Source: Thraustochytrium aureum (taxonomy: Eukaryota). From it: a stretch of DNA of 64,000 bases. This document shows, one piece after another, positions 36,181 to 48,730 of the stretch. Positions within the stretch are counted from its first letter, which is position 1, and every line of letters begins with the position of its first letter. The stretch is from positions 208,793 through 272,792 of the forward strand of contig BLSG01000377.1 of NCBI GenBank assembly GCA_012862495.1. The letters are read 5' to 3'. A program made the position numbers and the translations under genes. The notes below the pieces were generated by a model. The model saw only the letters and a list, made by a program, of their open reading frames with translations. It did no database searches and was not told the origin of the DNA.

Positions 36181-36899
36181 TCAGAGCAGGACACAGTCAC
36201 CTTTCTTCTTGTCACCCTTGGCGCCTTTCACAGGCTTGCGCTTCTCCATTCCCGCACGTGAGCGGCTCGCGATGCGGACAGCTGACTCGAAAACCTCATC
36301 CAGCCCTGTGGCTTCCAGAGCGCTGCACTCGAGGTAGCTGGAGGCGCCGAGCTCGAGAGCGTCCTCCATGGACTGCTCGACGGACCGCAACGGCTTGCCC
36401 TTGGCCTCGAGGCTCTTGACCAGCTTTTGGTCGTTGCGCATGTCGCTCTTGGTGCCGACGATGAGAAACGGTGTCCCCGGGCTGTGGTGCTGGATCTCGG
36501 GCACCCACTTGGTGGAGATGTGCTTGAAGGACACCGGCGAGTTTATTGAGAAGCCTTCGCAGCATGGCGCGCGGAAGCCAAGGGGTCAGCGATAGCCAGA
36601 CACAGGGCACCCGGAGCGCCCTGGCGGTGCAGGTCGCCGCTGGAAGCAAGTCACTTACAGATGAGAAACACGTCGGTCTGTGGGTACGAGAGCGGCCGCA
36701 GCCGGTCATAGCCCTCCTGGCCTGCCGTGTCCCAGAGCCCCAGGTACACGTCCTTGCCGTCCACTTTCAGCGTCTCCTCGTAATTGTCGAAAACGGTGGG
36801 CACGTAGTCCTTCGGGAAGCGCTTCTCCACGTACGAGATCAGCATGGAGGTCTTGCCCACCGCGCCGTCCCCGATCACGACGCACTTGATGTTCTGCAT
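36181..36899 (-). CDS. Rho/Rac-family small GTPase; intron 36658-36555
   Basis: [43 protein letters not shown] and CAAX CVLL. A GTAAGT...AAG intron splices DVFLI|CFSINSP. Confidence 0.95.
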
Positions 36900-38051
36900 C
36901 TTGCAAGGTGGCCGAGCAGCGCAAGCCACGTGCCGTGCCGACAGCACTGGCGCGACGCAGCTCCCCCGGCCCCGCAGTGGCGCGCCTCGAGCGCCTCGCC
37001 CCGAGCGCCTGCCCTGCCTCACGCTCGCCCGTCCTGCACGCGCCTCGCTTGTCGCTCGCTGGCTCTGGCCTGCGGTGCGCCGATCACACAACAAGACTGT
37101 GCGTGTGCTCTGCGCTGGTGTCCTGTGCGCAACACCGTGTTCGCGCGCGCCAGAGCCTCGGCGCCCTCGGCCCACCCTCGCGCGCGCGCGTGGCAGCCAA
37201 GTTTTTGCGGAGGGAGAGGCAGCTGAGGAGCGTGAACTGCAGCTGCGAGTCCAGAGGGCTGGTTGAAGACAAGCAACCCACCTCTGCACGAGCAGTAGGG
37301 TCTGGTAGGTAGGGTCGCCAACCAGTCTCGCTCTGAAGCTCGGAGCAGTACGAGAGCAAGTGAGTGGGCACTGCCGCTCTCATGCGCGGGTGTGCGCCGG
37401 CGCACGAGTTTCTTCTATTCAGAATATTCTTCATGCAACCGAATGCCATCGCAGTGGAAAGAAAGTACCTACGTAGAGGAGTGAGTGGGCAGAGCGCGTT
37501 CAACCGGGCCCCCCTGGCGCCTCGGCCTGATCCACGGCACTGCCAGTGGCAGAGTGGATGCACCGCCGCCTCGCTCCCAGAGGAATNNNNNNNNNNNNNN
37601 NNNNNNGGACCAAGACTTGATCGTGAAAATGCACAACTGCCCGCTCTGCGAGAGGGCTGCGTGAAGCTCTGTACCCTAGAGACTTCTTCAGAAACAGAAC
37701 AGAGCCGCCTCAACACGTGTAGGCTGTGGTTGTCGATGTGAGAGGCGCCGAGAGAGTGGACAGCCTGGCTGGCGCAGCAGGCCGTTCCTCACGTTGCGCG
37801 GGCTGCCGAAGACACCGCACGCATTGCCCACAACTTCCGCCCCTGTTTCCTGTCGAGCAGAACACCAACGTAGGCAGGCGACGACGCGCGACCGTCGCGC
37901 AGCCCTCGCACCAACGAGCGCAGCTTTGAAGGACGAGCTGCAGCACCGAACGAACAGAGCGCCAGCCAGCGAGGGCTCAGGCAGCGCCCCCGCCAGGTGC
38001 CCGAGCGAGTGACTCCACTTGCGCAAACCGCGCTTTGAAGGCGTCGTGAAG

Positions 38052-39694
38052 ATGAGCTCCATCATGCTGAACGCAACCGCGGGTAGCGCCAGCTTTACGC
38101 CAGCCGTTGCTGCGCTGTTCGGCGTGGAGGCCAGCAAGGCCCTGTCGCTGTCCGTGATGGCGGCGGTGTTCCTGATTAGTTTGCTGGGCCAGATGACCAT
38201 GTTCAACCAGGCAAGCGAGCTCGAGTACAAGCGCCGCCAGCCCGCGGCGAGGCCGGACGGCACGGTGTGGCGCGAGGAGAAAGGAGAAGCCGTCGCTAGC
38301 CCCGTGGAGGCCAAGTCGATCGCGGAGAAGCGCGCCCAAGGCAAAGCCAGAAAAGTGACCTGGGAGGAAGTAGGCAAGCACAACTCCCGGGAGGACCTGT
38401 GGCTCGTCGTCGACGGCAAGGCTTTCGACGTCTCGAGCTTCGCCGACAAGCATCCCGGCGGCTACAGACCCCTCGTCGCCATGGCCGGCCGCGACTCGAC
38501 CGAGGTGATGAACGAGTTCCACCCGGCGGCCGTCTTCGACAAGTACCTGCCGCCGTACTACATCGGAGACGTTGTCGACTACAAAGTCCCCGAGCTGATC
38601 GCCGACTACCGCCAAGTGCGCCAAGAGCTTCTCGCGCGTGGCCTGTTCCGCACCTCCACCTCGTACTACTTGGCCAAGTTCGTCTGGCTCGCCAGCATCC
38701 TCGCGCCAACGCTCTACGGGGTCCTGGCCTGCTCCAGCACCACGGCTCACATGATCTCCGCAGCCGGGCTGGCCCTCTTCTGGCAGCAGCTGGCCTTTGT
38801 CGGCCACGACGTCGGCCACTCGGCGGTCTCGCACGAACGCGCGATCGACTACTACTGGGGTGGGCTCTTCGGCAACCTTCTTGGGGGGATCAGCCTGTCC
38901 TGGTGGAAGCACAGCCACGAGACCCACCACGTAACCTGCAACTCGATCGAGATGGACCCGGACATTCAGCACCTGCCCTTCATCGCGATTACCTCCAAGA
39001 TTTTCAAGGGGCGCTTCTGGAGCACCTACCACCTCAAGTGGTTCGAGACCGACGCCTTTGCGCGCTTCTTTGTGATGCACCAGAAGGCGCTCTTTTACCC
39101 GATCATGAGCTTGGCGCGCTTCAACCTCTACGTGCAGAGCTGGATCCTCCTCCTCTTCCGCGAGGACCGCGACAAGGTCCCCAACAAGTTCATCGAAATG
39201 GCCTCGCTTCTCGGCTTTTGGGTCTGGCTCTTCGCGCTCGTGAGCTCCTTGCCGAGCTGGGGCGAGCGGCTCGCGTTCTTGTACCTCAGCCACGCCTTCG
39301 CGGGCATCCTGCACATTCAGATCACTCTGAGCCACTTCATTTCTGAAACCTTCCACGGCCGGTCGACGGACAACTGGATCAAGCACCAGATGCTGACAAC
39401 CACGGACATTACTTGCCCAAAGTACATGGACTGGTTCCACGGCGGCCTTCAGTTCCAGCTTGAGCATCACCTTTTCCCGCGCCTGCCGCGGCACAACCTG
39501 CGCATCGCGCGGGACCGCATCATCGCGCTCGCTGCCAAGCACAACCTTCCTTACGCGGAGATGACCTTTCTGGAGGCCAACCGGAAGCTGGTTGGAATCC
39601 TTGGTGAGACGGCAGCCGACGCGCAGAACCTCAGAAAGGCGACGGGGGCTTCTACACCAGCCCGATTTTCGAAGCCATTAACGCGCAGGGCTAG
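38052..39694 (+). CDS. Cytochrome b5-fused front-end desaturase (sphingolipid Delta8 / Delta6-like), frameshift near 39635
   Basis: HPGG heme motif; His boxes HDVGH, HETHH and QLEHH; DPDIQHLP. The alternate-frame C-terminus GDGGFYTSPIFEAINAQG* resembles SLD-type ends. Confidence 0.9.
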
Positions 39695-40068
39695 CAGGGC
39701 TAGGACTTTTCCCACCAGCGCAATTTCTTTCTTTTTTGGTCTTGGACCGCCCGCGCGTGTAGTTGCAAACACTCCGACTTTGAAACCTGCCGCCCCTGCG
39801 TGTAGTTGAATCGCATTTCGTGTTTGGATCTTGCGCTGTTCTCGTCGCCGCTGCACGCGAGCCTGTTGTCCCCTGCGTTTAGCTTCGTTGACCTGCGCAG
39901 CACAGCCCTTCGTAGAAGGTAACTTACTTCGCAGATGAGCCCATGACAGGCCGAGAAGCCGGGCAAAGTGCCCTGCTTGCGCGCCTCACACTGGCTGAAA
40001 CTTCGATGTTGACTTTTTTGAAAGCGGACCACGCGTTCGCACCCTTCTCGGGTTGAACAACCCACGCC

Positions 40069-43000
40069 ATGAATCACCTCTCATCGGCACCACCCACAAA
40101 CCCAACCCACTGTCCGACCCAATGTTGCCGTTGGCGCTGCGAGTCGTGCCGCGACTTCCGCCAGTCCACCGTGCACCACGCGACGGCCGCCTGCGAGCGC
40201 CTGCGAGTGCGCCGCGTGAGGTATTCTCGCGCAGCGCTTTCGACCAACGGCCGCGCCCAAGAAGGTGCTGGATACGAAGTGCCCGCCAACTTGGCACAGC
40301 GAAGGATGGAAAAGTTTCGCGAGCTCTGCTGGCAGGCGCCAAGGCGCACGGTTCGCACCCGTTGCGGAGGCTTGCCGGACACGGCCCGTTCTCCCCGACG
40401 AGCTCGCCGTCGCGCTCAAGCAGCTCGGAGTGGAACGCGCGTCGCGGGCTAGACGCGTCGCGCTCGCCGAGCACCTCGCGCGGCTCCTGGGCAAAGCCGC
40501 ACACCGCCAATCCGAGCCCCGGGAGGCCCTTCTAGCCCGTCTTGTCCAGTACTTTCGACGAAAGCGCATGCAGATTGCGCTGCTCCGCGTTGTTCAGGAG
40601 CGCGTCTGCTCGCGCCAAGACTTTGACGATCTGAAGCAGGCCTTCCAGGACAAGGACATCTATGTGGAAGGCCTCCTTCCCGTGCCTCAGTTCGCTCAAG
40701 TGGTTGACAGACTTGACCTCAGATTCGACAAAGCCCAAGTGGGCTCTATTGTTGGACCTTTCCTTGCACATGAACTCCGCCGCTCGCCGGGCCTCGACAC
40801 CGAGTCCAAGCATTCCGAATCCAAGCTCCCGGAGCAGCGCAAGGCCGTCATCAGAGACAAGGACGAAAGAACCCCAATGGTAAACTACGAAGCATTCCTT
40901 GCTTTCGTGGACCCTGAGGTGACGGGCGCCACAAGGCTTTCTCACGGGAGCGCTGCCACGCCGAGCTCGGGATTTGGGACTTTGGGTCTGCCGTCTCCGG
41001 CGGCGTCAAAGCATAGTCCAGACCCCACGCCGAGCTCGACTTCAACTTCTGGCGCCACAAGCTATACGTCAGGCACAACCCCGCTTTCGAGGCGGCTCGG
41101 GGCCGCGCCCAGCGACCCCCGAGCTCACCCTTTCTTCGGAGACAACTTGGACACACTCGAGATGCTTGACAAGCTGCGGACGCACATTCTCGAGGCGCAG
41201 CTGAACGGCGTCGGCATCGCAGAGAGTTTCAACTACTTCGACACAAACGGGGACGGGCTTCTCAGCAGGGCCGAGTTTGAGGGTGGGCTGCAACGCCTTG
41301 GTATCAGGCTTGCCTCAGACGACCAAGTGGACCGCGTCATCGCGGCCTTCAAAAACGCCCACGGAGCGGGGATCAACTTTGGCCAGTTTCTACGGTTCGT
41401 GGACAACGATCACGACTCCATGGGGCTCTTTTCAGGGCAAGAAAGTGAACCGGATTTTGAAGCGGGGGCTGGCCTGTGGGAGGGAGACACGGCACCCCAT
41501 GTGGATGAACAGAGCCGCGTCCCATTCCACAATGTTGCTGTGAACGGTCCCTTCGTCGCCGGTTTTTCCGATACAGCAGAAGGCAAGCGCTCCCGAGCCG
41601 ACAAAAACTGCAGCCGAGAGGAGGAGGGAACGTACGTGCGCCACTCGTACACGTCCGCTGGCTACGTTCGCCAGGCGTTCTTAGTCAACCCTGAGCGCGG
41701 CGTTGCCAAAGCAGAGGCGCACAGTATCGTTCCGCACGCGCGTAAAGGCCGTCAAGCCCGTTTCACCGGAGTGCTTGCCTCAACGGCTCACGACGCCGGC
41801 TCTGATCGCGCCCGATCCACTGAGGGGTTGGCCAGAATGACCCAAGCAAATTCGATCGTCAAGTATCTTGGCTACGCCGCGCATATCGTGAACGACTACC
41901 CTAGGCCGCGTGGGCCTCTTCCGCGCACCAACACTGTCCTCTCCCGGACCGCGCGACCAGCTGGGAATCCACGATCAACCCGGCCGAAAGAGCCGACCAA
42001 TAAAGGCCCCGTTCCCGGAGAGACAGCACGAGAGGATGTTGAAGCCACAGCTGTAAAGCAGCAGGCTCGACTCCGGCGCCTTTTGGAGCGGCATGCACTC
42101 GAGCGATACCAGAGTGGGGTGAACAACTGCTTTGCTCCCAAGCTCGTCGAGTGCCAGAACCAGATTGTTCGCTGCGTGCGGCAGCTACTGCTGGACCACG
42201 GCAGCTCGCAACCGCAAGCGGCCCTCGGATCGGCGCTCACGGACCGCGCTTTAAGCGGGCAGCCGGTTGGTGCGGTTTTCAATGAGATGATTAGGCTTGT
42301 TCGCTTCCACGGCTGGAACGAGGACTGGGCTGCTGCTGAAAAGCTTGGCAACCATGTGGCCCTGATGCTCACTGATATATGCGCGCTAAAAAAGAGGGGA
42401 AAGGGCCGTGCGCGCTCTCGTGGGCGCGACGACAGCCTCGATAAGCCTCTGCCTCAAGTGCCTCGATTCGTCCGCGACAGAGCAAGCGAAAGCTCGCTTG
42501 AGCTCGACGACGTTCGCGAGGTGTTTGCCAACGCCCAAGCCATGGCGGCAACCAAAGCCGTCGCTCTGTCGCACCTCGCTCCAGCGCTGCTTCGACAGTG
42601 CTTTCTGGACGCAAACTGCCCGTTGCATGAGTTTGCGCGCGCACTTCAAGAACAAGTCGCGCCAGAGAAGGCCCTTGTCAGATATTTTTGGCTTGGCAGA
42701 GCCTTCGGGCGACGAGCGCGCCGCGATCACCTGGGAGACCGCGCTGGCGCGCTTTCGTCGGGAAGAAGGCTACGGGAACTACGTCCGGCAGATCCTTCAG
42801 GAGTGGTACACGGGTTCCGAGCTGTCGACCTTGCAATCCATTTTTGCAGCTACAAAGACCGGCCAGAGCCCAGTGGAGGAAGCTTCGACGCTGCCACAAG
42901 CCCAGGACAGGGCGCTGTGGTCCCATCTTGGCCACATGGCTCCAGTGCAAGACTTGGCCAAGGCAGTTCGCTCGGATCCCGTCCTTGCGCCGCTCATTCT

Positions 43001-44302
43001 AGACGTTGATGACTGGGCAACAACCCTCGGGGAGCGCGACGCCCTCTCATGGGAGGAGTTTCTCCTGGCAATTCGCGAAACCTCCGCAGACTCGAGCGTC
43101 CAAGACCTGAGAGCCTCGCTTAGCGAGGCGAATGCCGAAGCGTTGTTGCTCCAAGCTCGGCGGCTGGGAAGAAAGGACCGCGTCAACAGGACGAGCCTCA
43201 AGAAGGCCGCCGAGGCCATCGCAGCGACGCTTGCGGACCGTCTTGATGCGGCAAACCACAACGAGTGGCACCCTTCGCTCTGCCGCATCTATAGCCTCGC
43301 TGCCGAGCTTGCTGAGCTTGAGGCCAACGTCGAAGAGTGGGATGCCGAGACCCGCGTCAAAGACGCGGTTGACAAGTTCCTCGGGTCTCGCAGCGGTAGG
43401 TCTGCCACAGAGGCGATCGTTCGGTCTATGCTCTGCACAGACGAATCGCGCGTTTGGGCCGAGTCCAAGGCGCGCAAGCAAGTGACGCGCGAGCGAGCTG
43501 AGCTTGCGGCGCGCGAAATGCTCCGCAAGAAAAATCGCGCGAGTTCTCGCGCGGGGACTTGTTCGCGTATGTGCGCGAACGGCGCACCGAAATGTTTGCC
43601 TATGCGGAGAAAGCGGTAGTGATTGCAGAGACCGCGAGTGGTCATGGGAGCTCGCCTGCTGTATGGGCGGCGCACTGTCATGCTCTGCTCCTGCATCGCT
43701 CCGGCGACGCGCAGGCTGCAATAGATGTCTTGCGCACTGTATTAACCGGTCTTCGTGAGCTGGAAGGCCAGTTTGGAGTGTCGGTCGGAAGCGTCGCAAA
43801 ACTTACAGCGCGCTTGCTGCGGTCGCGTGGCGAGAGCAAAGAGGCAGCAAGCAAATTTGAGCTCGCTGCAGAGTGCCGCGAGCGCGACGGAGACGACGAG
43901 GCGGCCTTGAAGCTTTATCGTGAGGCTGTGGCAAGCTGGAATGCCTCCCACGGCGCTGACGAGCAGCTCGAGCGCACTCTAGACCGCGTGGTGCGCTTGG
44001 TCCAGAAGACACTTCCAGGGTCGCTTGACCTCGTCGAAGCAAACCGCGCACATGGAGCGGCCCTCATCAAGGTCGGTGACCTTGTCCAAGCCAAAGCTGC
44101 CTTCAGGGCAGCCAAAGCGGCTTTGCTGAGCCAAGGCGCAACATTGACGCCCGCCAACAAGCGGCTGCTCTGCCGCCTGAATCGGTTAGTTGCGTCAGCC
44201 TCTGCCTCCTCAAAGTTGATGGGGATTGTCGGTGACGGAACCGAATCTGGCAGCTGTGACGGGGACGGGGACTTGGTCGACGCAGCCTGGCTCCAGGACT
44301 AG
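40069..44302 (+). CDS. Large EF-hand and C-terminal TPR-like protein; start uncertain, frameshifts near 42690 and 43555
   Basis: EF-hand FNYFDTNGDGLLSRAEFEGGL with partner INFGQFLRF. Helical TPR-like repeats (ALKLYREAV, HGAALIKVGDLVQAKAAFRAA) in ORF 43559-44302. Confidence 0.6.
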
Positions 44303-44388
44303 GCCGGGTTAGCGCCCCAGCACTCGAAAGACGAAAAGAAGAAGAAGAAAAACAGAGAGAGAAAAAACAAGGCATTTTCGCCAATTCA

Positions 44389-45287
44389 TCAAATTTCATC
44401 GTCGTCCGAGGACTCGAGCTCGTCCAACGGGTCGCGCTCTGGAAAGTCACCGACTTGGATTTTGTCTCCGCGAACGAACGCCGCGTGGCGCATTGTCGTC
44501 TGAAAGAGCTGTTTTCCCTTGACACTTCCATCGCCCTTGCCGAGGGGCTCGTCGAGGTTCACCCCGACCCAGAAGCCATTGCCGATGCCTTCGCACTCGC
44601 CCTTCCACGCCACAACGCCCCGGCGAGCCCCGGGCTGAATTTCGCAACGGTCGCCGACGTTGATGCCCTCCACCGAGTCTGGGCCAGGAGGGTTTGGGTT
44701 TTTGGGGGGGCGACGGTTTTCGGGGAGGAAGCGGAACGTCGGGTCCTTCTTGAGCATCTCCTTTTTGTAGGCGCGGAGAGTACCGGGCCGAGCTTCATAG
44801 TCTTCCTCGGACATGACGTACTTCTCGACGAGGTTGACGTTTTCCAGCCCGCCGTCCTTGGAAAAGCTCCACTTGTCCAAGTCGACAATGTGGATTTCCA
44901 TCCCGCTTGTTACGCCAAAGTAGCCGAGCATCCGGTCGTCGGGGGCTAGCTCGCACAAGGTTTCCCCGTCCTGCTTGAGCAAGAGTTTTTGAAACCCAGC
45001 GGCTGTCCCGCCGTGGCGGTAGAGGCGGTCTTTGATGGCTCCGATTGTCGAGTGCAGGTCCATGCGGATCTCCGGCCACTGCTGCTGCAGGTTGGAGTGC
45101 GTCACTAAGATGGCGACCGTGCCTTCGGCGAGGCTCTGGTGCTGCAAGTGGTCCTGCAGGCGCACATACTGGTGCAGGGTGTTCTGAGGTGCAGAAGCGG
45201 GACGGGAGCGGGTTAGCTCGCGCAGCGCTGCCCGCGCGCAGCGCCACCTGTTCCGCCCAGCCGGCCAGCCACAGCGGTACTTACCAT
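44389..45287 (-). CDS. TBCB: Tubulin-folding cofactor B (Ubl + CAP-Gly); ATG-only first exon, intron 45284-45184
   Basis: Ubl domain, VEKYVMSEEDY and CAP-Gly WVGVNLDEPLGKGDGSVKGKQLF; acidic end DDEI. The splice is ATG|GTAAGT...GCTAAC...CTCAG|AACACC. Confidence 0.92.
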
Positions 45288-45372
45288 GTCAAGAGCCGCC
45301 ATCGTGCGAAGCGCTTTCCGAGCTCAGCTGGGTTGGCTGGCGCGCTTCGGCGGTGCGCCTGCGTGTCGGGTC

Positions 45373-45447
45373 TGCGCCTGCGCCTGTGCCTGCGCCTGTG
45401 CCTGCGCCTGTGGCTGTGGCTGTGCCTGTGCCTGTGCCTGTGCCTGC
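45373..45447. repeat. Hexamer microsatellite (TGYGCC)n; a (GTCA)n run follows at 45746-45771
   Basis: Visible simple repeats in the TBCB/PES1 divergent intergenic region. Confidence 0.85.
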
Positions 45448-46050
45448 TGGCCCTTCGAGCGACTCCCTGACTCGGTGCTCGGGCGTTCGGGGACTGCTCT
45501 GACTGGGCATAAGTTAAGAAGCGCGCGGGAGGGTCCGCAGAATAGAGGGCCAGCCCAAACAGAGGGGCCCGCCAACGGCCAAGCTGCGGAACGCTTTCTT
45601 GCTTGCGGAACGCATTCAGAGCTCGTTCTCTCTGTTCCTTCGCGCGGAACGCAATTGGTTGGATTTTCCTCTGTGTTTTGTCGTGGCTCGTTGGGTTTTG
45701 TCTCGATTGGCGCTGTGCGGCGGGAGCGTCCACCCAATGGAGGACGGTCAGTCAGTCAGTCAGTCAGTCAGNNNNNNNNNNNNNNNNNNNNNNNNNNNNN
45801 NNNNNNNNNNNNNNNNNNNNNNNNNNNNNNNNNNNNNNNNNNNNNNNNNNNNNNNNNNNNNNNNNNNNNNNNNNNNNNNNNNNNNNNNNNNNNNNNNNNN
45901 NNNNNNNNNNNNNNNNNNNNNNNNNNNNNNNNNNNNNNNNNNNNNNNNNNNNNNNNNNNNNNNNNNCCAACGCGACCACGTCGATCTGCACCAGGGCGAG
46001 AGAGACGCGGGAAAGCGCACAGCAGGCCTCGAGCCGCGAGCCTGCGAAAG

Positions 46051-48006
46051 ATGGGGAGCCACTTGCTCGGCAACAAAGGGCGCGCCAAGCCCAAGCGCAA
46101 GAGCATCAAGACCAAAGCCCTCGACATCAACTCGAAGCGGCGACTCGCCAAGCTGGGCAAGAAGAAGAAGGCCGGCCATGAGGGCCAGGTGATCCGCTAC
46201 ATCACCCGCGCGCGCGCCTGCAAGAAGCTGCAGGTCTCGCTCAAAGACTTTCGGCGGCTCTGCATCCTCAAAGGCATTTACCCGCGCCAGCCCAAGACGA
46301 AGAAGCTCAACGGCAAGACCTGCTACCATGTCAAGGACATTGCGTTCCTCTCGCACGAGCCTCTGCTTGCCAAGTTCTGGGAGATGAAGGCCTACATGAA
46401 GAAGGTCCGGCGCTTCTTCTTTCGCAAGGAGCAGACGGAGGCAAAGCGCCTCTACAATGCCAAGCCGGACTACACGCTCCACCACCTGGTTCGCGAGCGA
46501 TACCCGCGCTTTCAGGACAGCCTCGCAGACATGGACGATGCGCTCTGCCTTATCCACCTGTTCGCCAACATGCAGCGCGTACGCTTCGTCATGTCGGATC
46601 GCTCGGAGAACTGCCTGCGTCTCTCGCGCGAGTGGCAGCTCTACGTGGTCATGTCGCGCAGCCTCCGCAAGTCGTTCGTCTCGGTGAAGGGGATTTACTA
46701 CCAGGCTGACGTCATGGGCACGGAGATCACTTGGATCGTGCCGCACAAGTTTGCGCAGAACCAGCCGAAGGAGGTCGACTTTGCCGTGATGGCGACCTTC
46801 CTCGAGTTTTACGAAACTCTCGTTGGATTCGTACTCTACAAGCTGTACCACACGCTTGGGATGAAGTACCCGCCACGCCTTGACCAAGCGCTCGACAGGA
46901 CCGGAGCGCACCTTGCCTGCATTCAGCCCGAGAGGCTCGACGACACCGCCGGCAAGACCGAGTCGAGCGCCAAGATTGAAATCCCTGAAGAAGAGGAGGC
47001 CGCCGCGCCGCGCACTGCCGAGAAGGACGAGTCGTCTGCTCAGCCTGGCGCGCCCGAGACGAATCAGCAGCGACAGACGCGCAACCGAATCAAATCGCTC
47101 AACTCAAAGATGCTCGACATCGTCAAGCAGGACGAGGCAGCCCAGAATGAGCTCGGTATCGAGAACGACAATTCCGACGAGGACAACGCTGAGGACCGCG
47201 TTGAGGAGCGCGAGGTTTTTGCCGAAAACGAAGAGGCGAACATGATCGAGGAGAATGAAAAGCTCATTCAGGCCCAGACGAACTTGTTCAAGGGCCTTGT
47301 CTTTTGGCTCTCGCGTGAGACGCCCTTAGAGCCGCTCGAGTTTGTCATCCGATCGTTCGGCGGCAGCGTGCTCACTGCCGACACCGGAGGTAACGTCAAC
47401 GACGGGAGGATCACGCACTTCATCACCGATCGCCCGAAGGTGCAAAAGTCCGCGGCCAAGTGCGAGTATGTCCAGCCTCAGTGGGTCTTCGACTCGGTCA
47501 ACTTTCGCGTCCTTATTCCGGTGGCGCGGTATGCCCCGAACGCGGACTTGCCGCCTCACCTCTCGCCTTTCGTCAACAACGACGCCGAAGGGTACAAACC
47601 GCAATACGCCGAGGAGCTTGAGAACCTACAGACTGCGGCTGGCCTCCAGAAGAACAAAGTCCCCGAGCCCAGGCTGTTGCGCGACACTGCGCGCTCTGCG
47701 GCTGACGAAGACGTGGAGGCCGCGCATGACGACGAAGCTAACGAGGAAGACGATGAGGAAGACGAGCAAAACGAGTTTGACAAGGACCTCAAGAAGGAGC
47801 TTGAGGGCGCACGTGCGAGGAGCGGCCGCGGCGAGAAGAAGATTCAGGTCGCGGAGTCGAGTGAGGATGAAGACGAGGCCAAGGGCGGCGAAGAGGACGA
47901 CGACGAGGAGGAGGAAGAAGAAGACGAAGAGGAGGACGACACTGCTGCTGAAATGTCCCGGACCGATCGCGGTGCGTCCACCGCAACTGGATCCGTGGAC
48001 GACAGC

Positions 48007-48037
<31 letters not shown>

Positions 48038-48516
48038 TGCAGCCTGTGAAGAAGAAAACGAAGCTGTCCAAGCAGGAGAAAGAAGACGACAAGCTCTCCA
48101 AAAAGGCCAAGAGCGCGAAGGCCGAAGCTGCAGAGCCGGACACCAAGAAGAAGGCAGACAAATCCGAGAACGCGGAACTCTCGTTCGTGCCCGCGCGCCG
48201 CTTCGTTGGCGCGAAGAAAGGCTACAAATTCCAGGCCGGCCCAAAGGGTGTCGGCTACTACCGTGACACCGGTTTGAAGCGCAAGGTCACTTTCAAGCGC
48301 TCCCAGGTGGTCAGCAACCGGCAACGCCGCATGTCGGAGAAAAAGGAGGAGCTCGAGCGGAGCAAGATGCTCATGTCCGGCAAAGCGAGGCGGCTGTACG
48401 GCAAAATGCAGCACGGCATCCAGCGCAAGAAGGATGACGCAAAGATGCTCATGGAACGCCGCCGGAGCGGCGGCAGCAGCGACGACGGGAACCGTGGAGC
48501 CAAGCGCCGCCGCTAG
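46051..48516 (+). CDS. PES1: Pescadillo/Nop7 (BRCT domain, acidic tail)
   Basis: YITRARACKKLQVSLKDFRRLCILKGIYP, ERYPRFQD, FVSVKGIYYQA, LFKGLVFWLSRETP, VQPQWVFDSVN, LPPHLSPF and RRLYGKMQHG. Confidence 0.97.
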
Positions 48517-48730
48517 CCGGTGGTTCGAATGGCTCCCGAGACCGGGCGGAGAGCTTCTGTAGAACAGCCATACTTTCGATGAAAACAAAATGCATGCACA
48601 CCGACAAATCCTTTCAATCAAGACCAAGAGCTACTCGCCTCGTCACGACCTCTGCAAGGCCAAGCCCTCCTTGAGCTCGGAGTCGGCAAGTCGAGAACGG
48701 AAAAACGGGCGAGGCCCGTGAGCAGCCCCG

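Noticed and set aside
36599..36612. GACACAGGG in the Rho intron as another array unit
   Set aside because: Single copy lacking the leading C and the downstream TGACG; expected by chance.
30351..45287. TBCC-domain gene and TBCB as a tubulin-cofactor cluster
   Set aside because: They are about 13 kb apart with six unrelated genes between, and the TBCC domain is RP2-like.
45286..46050. N-terminal extension of pescadillo with a poly(CA) peptide
   Set aside because: Translation of microsatellites and an N gap; the plausible start is the ATG at 46051.
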